Origin: Candidatus Saccharimonadota bacterium
GTDB taxonomy: Bacteria; Patescibacteriota; Patescibacteriia; 2-12-FULL-60-25
Length of the DNA: 32,000 nt
Assembly: GCA_023898425.1 (NCBI GenBank)
Contig: CP060222.1
Span: 930,001 to 962,000, forward strand
Direction of reading: 5' to 3'
Part shown: in pieces, positions 15,467 to 24,800 of the stretch
How positions within the stretch are numbered: the stretch's first letter is position 1
How the letters are laid out: every line of letters starts with the position of its first letter
Notes under the pieces: model-generated
Told to the model about the DNA's origin: nothing
Databases searched by the model: none
Seen by the model: only the letters and a program-made list of their open reading frames with translations
Made by a program: the position numbers and the translations under genes

Positions 15467-18400
15467 ATGAAACATACTTTTTTTCGCTCATTACTGAGCT
15501 CTTTATTGTTACTTGTATTGTCTATTGGCAATGCGACTCCTGTTTTTGCTGCGCAACTCACAGGACGTAGTGATGTAATGACGCGCCAAGCGCCTGCGAT
15601 TGGCTCAGATCATGAGATTCGTTTTATCACGCCTACGGGTGTTGATGCCCCAACGGATACGATCACTTTGCAATTCGCAAGTGACTTTGATCTCACGGGT
15701 ATTACCGCGGCGGACATAGACCTACTTCATGGTCCTATTACCGGCCTTGAAATATCCGAAACGATTGCTGCTGCCGCGGCTGCTGGTGTTTGGGGTGCTG
15801 GCGTTAGTGGTCAAACCATTACTCTTACGGCGCCAACAAATGCAGCAATTGGAGAAATTACCGCAACTCATATCGTAACGATTCGAATCGGAAACAATGC
15901 TGGTGGTGCAAATCAGATCATCAACCCTGGCCCAGGAGCGGGTGGTGCTCCAAGAACCATGTGGATTGCCGGAACATTTGGCGATACAGGAATTATTGAA
16001 ATCCCATTTGCTCAACCTACAAATAATGATGCGATCGCTATAACAGCAACCGTTGGTGCTGTTATTGGCGGCGGTGGAGGCGGCGGTGGAGGGTGTGTTG
16101 GTATTGCCTGCGGTGATACTCAAGGGCCGATTATTTCGAATATTCGCGTTGTAAATATTACGTCGTCAACAGCAATGGTATTGTGGGATACAGACGAGCC
16201 AGCAACGACAGCGTTTTATTATGGATTAACCACAGGTTATACGGGAGGATTTATTGGTGATGGTACGCTAGTAACATCGCATAGTGTTTCGTTAACAAAT
16301 CTTACGCCTGAAACGCTTTATCATTTTCGTATTAATGGTACGGATGGGCTAGGTAATACTTCAGTAACCTTAGATAATACTTTTACAACGCTTGCGCTAG
16401 ATACACCTGTAGAAGCGCTTATTATAAGTAATGTACGCTCAATTCTTATTACGGATAGCACGGCTGCTATTACGTGGAATACAAATATCGCTGCAGATAG
16501 TAAAGTAGATTATGGAATTTCTGATGCCTACGGTTTTGTGGTTGTACGCGGGACACTTGATACCGTTCATCAATTGGATTTGAGTGGTCTCACTCCTAAT
16601 ACGACCTATCATTTTCGAGTCACATCAGAGACGGGGTTATCTAACGCTGTAACGGGAGATTTTATTTTTCAAACACTTGCCGATACAAACCCACCAGCGA
16701 ACCCACAAAATTTTGTTGCTGTAGGAGATTTTCTCCAAAATACCCTTCAATGGGTTAATCCTAATGTAGGCGATTTTTCTCATGTAAGAATTCTTGCGAG
16801 AACAGATAGATATCCGAATAATCCAAATGATGGCGTTTTAGTCTATCAAGGTAATAATCAAAATGCGATTCATAATGGTTTGGTTGCAGGGCAAGTCTAT
16901 TACTATGCGAACTTTGCCTATGATTTGAGTGGTAATCGTTCGTCAGGCGCTTTAGCTCAAGCGACACCGTTTGGTTTAACTGAAACGCCAACCAGTACGC
17001 CGCCTTTACCAACAAATCCTCCAGTCACTGATCCAGGTACTAGTCCTGGAGGTGAGAATCCTACAACAGGCGCCGTAACATCAACGCCAGAAGTACCTAC
17101 CGTTACTACCACCGAACCAGGAACGGATATTACAGATCCAGAAAAGCCAGAAATAACTGAGCCTCCAGTACAACCACCGATTCAGCCACCAGTACGCGAT
17201 ATTGTTATTACGCCAGTATATACTCTTGGTAATGGCTCAGTTGTTTTGGTGCCAAATACCAAGAACGAGATCAATACAGTGCCTGGTCCTGCGATTACGG
17301 TAGTTGTTCGATCAGAAGAGGTGCCAGGTAATCCGGAGACAGCAACGATTCTCGTGGGTAATGATCGATATCTATTAACAAAGCTACCAAACGGTGATTG
17401 GACGGCGAGCTTTGTTCCTGATCGTTCGGGTCAAATGCCTGCGCAAATTACGTTTGGTTATGATGATGGTTCTATCGCTCAAGCAACCACAACGATCATT
17501 ACTGGCGTGCCTGGGCAAGTTATTGAGCGTGATATCCCATTTATCGGGCCTGCGCGCATGGTCGAAGGTGTTCGTATAACCGTTTATCAAAAAGTAGATG
17601 GTGAGTGGATGCAATGGTCGGGTGCTATTACAGGACAAGAACATCCATTCAAGACAAAAGCTGATGGTCTTTGGGGTTTTGTTGTACAAAATGGAGAGTA
17701 TCGCGTTCTTTTTGAAAAAGAAGGATATGATACTGAGGAGAAGATCGTTACCGTTACCAATAACCTGCTTGGTTATCAGGTAGAGATAAACAAACCATTA
17801 CCGGTAGATGTGAATATTATCGGAATCATTACTACAGCTGTTGCGATAGCAAATATCGCGACAGTAGCAAGTCTTTTAAACTATCTTTGGTATCTCTTAA
17901 CGCAGCCATTTCTCATTTTCGGTGCACGTAAGCGAAAAAAGTGGGGTGTCGTCTATAATTCTATTACGAAACAAGGTATTGATTTGGTTGCCGTTCGACT
18001 TGTGCATGCAAAAACAGGTCTAACCTTACAAACGAGAGTAACGGATGAAAAAGGAAGATACTTTTTTCATGTAAAACCTGGTCAATATAAGGTTGTTGCG
18101 GTAAAGGCGGGGTACGTATTTCCGAGTGTCATAGTTAAAGATGTTAAAGAAGACGATGAGTATCTTGATGTTTATCATTCCGAAGAGGTTGCTGTTGAAG
18201 CAGAAGCAGACCTCACGATGAATATCCCAATGGATCCAAACAATAAAGAGGAAACACCGGCCAAAGTTCTCTTTAAGAGTTTCTTGCGTAAGATGCAAGG
18301 ATTTGTCGGTGCCTTATCACTGATTATTACCGGTATAGCCCTCATCCTTGAGCCTGGTTGGATATTGTTAGGGTTATTTTTGTTCCAGCTCGCAACGTAT

Positions 18401-18712
18401 CTCTTGTTTAAAAAGCTTATTGCAAGTCGTAAGCCAAAAAATTGGGGTATTGTCTCTGATGTTGATAATAAGCATCCATTAGAGCGTGTAGTGATGCGTA
18501 TCTATGACAAAAAATACAATAAGTTATTAGAAACACAGGTTACAGATGGCCGTGGGCGTTATGGATTCTTAGCTACGAAGAATACCTACTTTATAACGGC
18601 TGATAAGCCTGGCTATGATCGCTTTACTTCTGATGATATCGATCTTACAAAAGCAAAAGAGCTTGCTGTAGAGAAACCTGTTAAGCTAAAAAAGAAAAAT
18701 ATCCAACAGTAA
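15467..18712 (+). CDS. large multidomain envelope protein: signal peptide, two FN3-like repeats, Pro/Thr linker, carboxypeptidase-regulatory-like domains interleaved with TM segments
   Basis: 1081-aa ORF with a signal peptide (LLLLVLSIGNATPVFA). It contains a Gly8 run. There are two repeats of the type ISN(I/V)R...ITxSTAxxxWxTxxxAxxxxxYG...LTPxTxYHFR. The PT-rich linker lies around aa 505-575. Three units of the type TDxxGRYxF...G.Y...A.K.GY resemble CarboxypepD_reg. Hydrophobic segments lie around aa 790-830 and 955-1000. Confidence 0.85.
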   Translation: MKHTFFRSLLSSLLLLVLSIGNATPVFAAQLTGRSDVMTRQAPAIGSDHEIRFITPTGVDAPTDTITLQFASDFDLTGITAADIDLLHGPITGLEISETIAAAAAAGVWGAGVSGQTITLTAPTNAAIGEITATHIVTIRIGNNAGGANQIINPGPGAGGAPRTMWIAGTFGDTGIIEIPFAQPTNNDAIAITATVGAVIGGGGGGGGGCVGIACGDTQGPIISNIRVVNITSSTAMVLWDTDEPATTAFYYGLTTGYTGGFIGDGTLVTSHSVSLTNLTPETLYHFRINGTDGLGNTSVTLDNTFTTLALDTPVEALIISNVRSILITDSTAAITWNTNIAADSKVDYGISDAYGFVVVRGTLDTVHQLDLSGLTPNTTYHFRVTSETGLSNAVTGDFIFQTLADTNPPANPQNFVAVGDFLQNTLQWVNPNVGDFSHVRILARTDRYPNNPNDGVLVYQGNNQNAIHNGLVAGQVYYYANFAYDLSGNRSSGALAQATPFGLTETPTSTPPLPTNPPVTDPGTSPGGENPTTGAVTSTPEVPTVTTTEPGTDITDPEKPEITEPPVQPPIQPPVRDIVITPVYTLGNGSVVLVPNTKNEINTVPGPAITVVVRSEEVPGNPETATILVGNDRYLLTKLPNGDWTASFVPDRSGQMPAQITFGYDDGSIAQATTTIITGVPGQVIERDIPFIGPARMVEGVRITVYQKVDGEWMQWSGAITGQEHPFKTKADGLWGFVVQNGEYRVLFEKEGYDTEEKIVTVTNNLLGYQVEINKPLPVDVNIIGIITTAVAIANIATVASLLNYLWYLLTQPFLIFGARKRKKWGVVYNSITKQGIDLVAVRLVHAKTGLTLQTRVTDEKGRYFFHVKPGQYKVVAVKAGYVFPSVIVKDVKEDDEYLDVYHSEEVAVEAEADLTMNIPMDPNNKEETPAKVLFKSFLRKMQGFVGALSLIITGIALILEPGWILLGLFLFQLATYLLFKKLIASRKPKNWGIVSDVDNKHPLERVVMRIYDKKYNKLLETQVTDGRGRYGFLATKNTYFITADKPGYDRFTSDDIDLTKAKELAVEKPVKLKKKNIQQ

Positions 18713-18790
18713 TAACAAAGGAGTGAACAAAAAGTTTTCCACTCGACATCACAGAATATCCACAATTTGTACACAATTATACGTTTTTAA

Positions 18791-18818
18791 AAAATCCGCT
18801 TATCATAGCGGATTTTTG
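18791..18818 (+). terminator. rho-independent terminator separating the 3-gene operon from the giant gene
   Basis: aaaatccgct tatcat agcggatttttg. Confidence 0.6.
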
Positions 18819-18868
18819 TTATACGAGACCGCTTTTCCTAAAAAAGAATAGAATAAATACATATAGAT

Positions 18869-21800
18869 ATGCACAAGTTAGCAACGTACTTTTTAGAGGG
18901 AGTAAAATCCGTACTCATCGGTTCTATTGTTTTTATCGTTGCGTCAATAATTTTAGCGCCACCCTCTCACGCCGCCCCCGGCGTCCGTGCTAATGTCACC
19001 TACCAAGCTCGTCTCATGGATGCCTCAGGCTATCCAGTGGTAGATGGTGTCTATCAAATAGAGTTTAGTCTCTATGATGCAGCTGTAGCAGGCAATCGTC
19101 TTTGGTCAGCTAGTGGTACTACAGCTGTCCCTTTGCCTGTTAATGTCACCGTTCAAGATGGTCTCTTTACCGTTCTTCTTGGTGATGGTGTTACTCAACT
19201 CCCATTTACTGATATTGATTGGAACTCAGACAGCCTCTATCTCGGTGTAACTATTGGAGCCGATGGAGAAATGAGTCCTCGTAGACCTATTACAGCCGTC
19301 CCTCAAGCCATTAACTCCGCTCAACTTGGCGGAATGAGTCCTTCTAGTACCGATACCTACGGTGGAGAATCACAATTCACCATCACTCAAGCCTCAACAA
19401 CGGCAGCCACTTCAACCAGAAGTGCTTTAGATGTGAGATCCTATGGCGCAAGTGCAGCAAATGACTTTGCTTTTAGAGCTCTCACCAATGCAGGTACGCC
19501 AGCATTTACTATTACCTCTCAAGGCGTTGTATCAAGCACGAATCTTATCGTTGCTGGTCAGAATGTTTGTTTAGCCGATGGGACGGATTGTTTGCCAGGG
19601 GGTATTGAGTCTGACACCCTTCTCTCCGTTACTAACCGAGGCTCTGTTGCTACAGCAACCCTCACCCTTCTTGGAGGAGCTATTTCTAATACCGTAAACG
19701 TTACAGATACAGCAACGATCGCAAATGCTGTTGTTACGAGTACTCTCACGGTTTCTGGGACAATCTCATCAAATCTTCTTCCAACCACTGACCTTACCTA
19801 TTCTCTTGGTACACCATCTCTACGTTGGAATGGCAGTTTCGGCAATGTGACCATCCTTAATGGCACAACGACCAATGCCACCTCAACGAATTTCTTTGCT
19901 GCGAATGCAGCCTTAGGTTCTTTGATCGCAAACTCCGGCAATATCACAAGTCTTCTTGGTACCAACGCGACCTTTACGAGTGTTACATCAACCAACTTCT
20001 TCGCTTCTCTCGTATCTTCAACGCAAATTATCGTGAATGGCTTTGATGTTTGTACGAGTGATGGCGTGAACTGTCCTGCCGGTACTGGATCATTGCAGGA
20101 TGCTTATGATGGAGGAAGGGCGATTTCATTAAACGATGGTCATATTGAGTTAACTTCGGTTACAGGCACATCAGCCGATGTATTTGCTGACAATCTTGGA
20201 GCTACATTTACGAGAATGATTGGTGGTGGTGTTGCAGGTGTTACAACCACGGGTTTTGATATTCTTGGTTATGATGATGGTTTTGAACGAGGAGTAGTTC
20301 TTTCATTTAGTTTGGATCGTGATGGAATATCAGCGCTTTCGGGCGAAAGCTATTTAAATAGCACCAGCACGGCTAATATTCGCTTTAACGCTGGAGAATT
20401 TTCACAATACTTAGAGCTCAGTAATAATACTTCTTCTTTGTATTTGGCTAACGACTATATTGATTTAGCTATTAATAACGGTTCTGATGCTAAAGCGAAT
20501 ATGTTTGTAGGACCAGACGGAGTTTTCTACTTTTCTGCACAGGGGTCAAATGGTTTTTTTGATCAAACAGGATATGAATTTTATAATGATGTATCTGCCG
20601 CGTCAGTAATGCAGATCATATCTCAAAATGGCGGTAATGGCATTTGGGTTGGTAGTGACAATGATCCTAATACACAAAGTTATTTCCCTGGAGCTATAAG
20701 TGATTTACTTTTTAGACCAAATACAACAGGCGGTCCTGGTACACAACTCTATGTAAATACTGACGGTACTGATACCGGTTGGACGGGTATTGCTACGGTA
20801 GACATGTTAAGCGGTGGGTTGACTGCTACAACACTTTCGCGCGTAGGAACATCTACAAGTCCTCTTGGGGTTGCTTATACAATGGACGTACAAGGTTCAC
20901 TTCTCTTTTCAGTACACAATACCTATTTTGCGAATACGCATGATTGGAAGCTTTGGGATGTGTCCAATAAAGATGTTCCTGTTCAAGTATATGCGACTGG
21001 AAGTAGCGCATTAAACTATGTAAATTCTGGTAAATTAGCAGGTGATCGTTTGTATACGGTAGACACAACTTCTACAAAACTTTCAGTATTTGATATCTCT
21101 AATCCTTCGTTGCCAATTTTACTTGGATCGATGACAGGTACATCAACGCCTCTTTCACTTGAAAAAAAACTCGTTATTGAAGGTTCAAATGTCTACATGG
21201 CATCTGAAATTGGTTTAACGATTATTAATGCTAAAAATCCTGCGGCGATGTCAGTAACGAGTTTTACGAGTGTAGTGACTCCAGGCGGTGGTATTACGCC
21301 TGTACGCATGGATGCGCAGGATGGTTATGTATATCTTTCGACTAAGTTTGGTGTTTCGCAACCAACGTCAACCATTACGATTATCGACGCGCGTAACATC
21401 AATTCACCCTCCGTTGTAGATAGCTTTGAAGTTCCTGCAGCAACTTTTCGTGGGGATGATATAGCGGTTTCTAATGAAAAACTCTATATCTATATCTCTT
21501 CAGGAGGTAGCGAGTATATTCGCCGCTACTCTATTGCAGACCGTGAAAACCCAGTGTTAGAGACAACGTTCCCTGTAAACAATGGCACGGGTGAATTCTT
21601 TGTGAATAAAGGGTTGGTTATTACACGAGACGCTTCATCTATCATGTTATACAACGAAGATGGGCTTCTCATCGATTCGTCTTCAAGCTCGCATTCGGGA
21701 GCAATTACATACGAAGGTGGCCAAATTTATGCTAGTAACTTTGAAGGACCGACGATTAAGCTTGCTGTTTATGATATTGGAGGCGTTAATGTAAATGCCT

Positions 21801-24800
21801 TAAATGTTGCAAATGCGAGCATTGGTTCTGCTACGGTAGCGAATAATTTAACGGTTAACGGCAGATCCAGCTTTGTGAATGGTATTACGGTGCAGGGTCG
21901 TGGTGTTTGTTTGTCGGATGGTACTAACTGTCCTGCCTCTGGTTCAGGCTCCCTTCAGTCTGCATACGATCTTGGCCGAACTGTTACAACAACAAATGGT
22001 GGCATAACACTTCTTTCGCCTACCGTTGGCGGAACGAACCTATATCCAACGGCAGACTTAGATCTAAAAGAAATTATTGGCGGTGGATTTGAGTATGATC
22101 CAAATCAAGGCTTTGGGATTGCTCAATACAGCTCAACAACAGCTGCGGTTTCTAGTGGTACGATGATGTATTTTTCAACAGATCGTAGTAATCCTTTTGG
22201 TCCTTCTGCTACATCAACCTTTATTATATCCGACCTTGAGATTGGAGCGATGTATCTTGGTAATCCGCTAACAGATAACGTACTTTCATTGTATAACGAT
22301 TCTTCAAGTCTAGTATTTGATAACTTTATTACACTTGATGCGCCAACGTTAAACTTCATCGGTGATCTAGATTTACAAGGCACCGTTACAAGTGATATTA
22401 GTCCATTCTCAAGTCTTTCATTTGATCTTGGTATTTCTACTGCTAGATGGAGATTTGGTTATTTTGGAACGGTAAGCAGCACGGCGGTGCAAGCTGGTTC
22501 GGTTACTGTGGGCGGTCAAAGTGTTTGTTTAGCAAATGGTACAAATTGTTTAGCGAATGGGTCACTTCAAAGCGCTTATAATATTGGTAAATCAATTACT
22601 TTAAACAGCGGTCATATCGAATTAACCTCAGTAACGGGCACAAGCTCAGATTTTCTTACGGAGGATTTTGGTGCTACAGCTACTCGAATGATTGGTGGTG
22701 GTATTGCCGGCGTTACGACCACCGGTTTTGATATCATAGGTTATGATACGGGGAACGGTAGAGGCGTAGAGCTCACATTTAGCTCAGATCGTGATGGTGT
22801 GAATGCGCCAGCTGGTCAAAGCTATCTGTACGGTGCAAGCACGGCAAGAATCTCTTATTTAACAGATAAGTTTGATAACCCATCGTTACTTCTCAGCACA
22901 AACACATCTACGATTACGGTTGGTAATGACTATCTTTATTTCTCAGTAGTGGATAATGGCACTAGCGCTGCAAACATGAGCATGGATATCGATGGCCTTT
23001 TCTCGCTCGAAACACAGGTAGGAGGTGGTGTGGATGATGTGGCACCAATTAGGTTCAGTAACGGTGTCGATATTGGAGCGATGATTGAGCTACGCTCTCA
23101 ATTAACAAACGCCTCAATATGGCTTATTGATGATCAAGATCCAAATACGCTTGGTTACACGCCTTCCGCTATTAGTGACTTAATGTTCCGTTCAAATTCT
23201 ACGGCGGGTCCAGGCTCCCAACTTTATGTAAATACTGATGGTACAGATACAGGTTGGACGGGTATTGCTACGGTAGATATGTTAAGCAGCCTCACGCTAC
23301 AGGATGTTTACAATGCAGGCACATCTATTAGTACAGGCTTTGGTCCGGTGGTGCTAAACGCTTCAACCACAGGCCCTGATTTATTCCCTGCTTTTCCATG
23401 GTTAGATTCGTATCGCACTCTTGTTTCTAAAGGTTTTGATGATGACGGTATCGCCTTTAATCATGGCTCTGGTACATGGGACAATCAACATTATATCGAG
23501 TTCTTTAATGATGTATCTTTGCCGCCAATCACTTCTGTTTCTAGCTCATATATTATGGGTGATACTATGGCAGGAACACTTGATTTGGTTGGAGGAAGAG
23601 GTGTTAATATAGGGCTAGGAAATGCAACAACGACATTCAATACAAATGTCATCGTTGCCCCAGGAAAAGGTGTTGCGAGTAACTTCTCACCGTTTTTAAG
23701 CGATACCTATTCAATAGGAGATGCAAGCAAACGATGGGACCGAGGTTTCTTTAATGCGGTAAGTTCAACGCTCCTCGATTTAGTTAGCGGTTCAATTGCT
23801 ATTGGTAATTATGGCGCGTCATCTACGCCTGTACTCTCAGCTTCTCACAACCAAGGTGGTATTGATGGCTTCGATGTCCTTATGCTTAATGATATTGGAG
23901 TGACAGGTACGGCGCTCTTTACAACCGCTGATCGAAGTAAGGGGTTACCATTCCAGAATAACGGTCTAACTAAGACAACTTCTACTGCATTATACAGTTA
24001 TTATACAGATGTTTCTTCAACGTTGATTTTGCTAAACAAGGCAAATGACAATGCATCAATGATTAACATGACGGATAGCAATATTGATATTTCTGCTGCC
24101 GTAGGCACTTCTACAGATGGTCTTATAACTATGAGAGGAGAGTCTATTGGTCCTGCTGTCCGTGTTTCAAACAATAGCTCTTCGTTAGATCAAAGTTGGG
24201 ATCTATTTGCTCGTCGTTTATTAGTGGGTGAAGCTGTAAGCGCGACGGGTACGGCTGATTATAATATGGTGATCAGTTATACAAATGCAGGGCTTTGTTT
24301 GGACGATGTAACCAACGGAGCAACCTGTCCAACATCTGTTGCAGGATCAATCTTTGCAGACGGTACCATCACTTCAGATGCGTTCGATCTTGCCGAAATG
24401 TACAATGTCTCCGGTACGGCCTCAGCTGGTGATCTCGTCAAAATCACAAAAACAGCTACGGCTACCGTAGAAATCACAAATGGTATCGAGTATGACAATG
24501 ACACCATTGGTGTTATCTCCACAAAACCAGGTTTCTTGCTTGGTTGGGAAGGTGACGTTCAAGTAGCTCTTGCTGGTCGAGTCCCTACAAAAGTTTCTGT
24601 AGGAAACGGTACGATTGTAGCGGGTGATCGACTCACTACCTCACCAATCCCAGGAGTAGCCATGAAAGCAACGCGTCCTGGTCAAATCATTGGTATTGCT
24701 CTTGAAGATGCTAATGTTAGCGGAGTAATCGAAGTCTTTATTCAGCCAGGCTTTGATATGAGCTCAGCCTTTGCTGCCGATGGCTCAATGACGCTAGTAA

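Noticed and set aside
16068-16091. Tandem 12-bp repeat gcggcggtggag x2 encoding a Gly8 run in the 1081-aa protein, considered as a phase-variation tract.
   Set aside because: There are only two in-frame units. Slippage would add or remove four glycines without switching the gene off. This looks like a flexible linker.
23645-23815. A diversity-generating retroelement (TR/VR pair) as an explanation for the diverged patches between the two fibre copies (partner patch 28590-28760).
   Set aside because: The differences are mostly synonymous transitions at all four bases (c/t and g/a) and are not restricted to adenine positions of one copy. No reverse transcriptase gene lies in the window. The pattern fits ordinary paralog divergence plus gene conversion.
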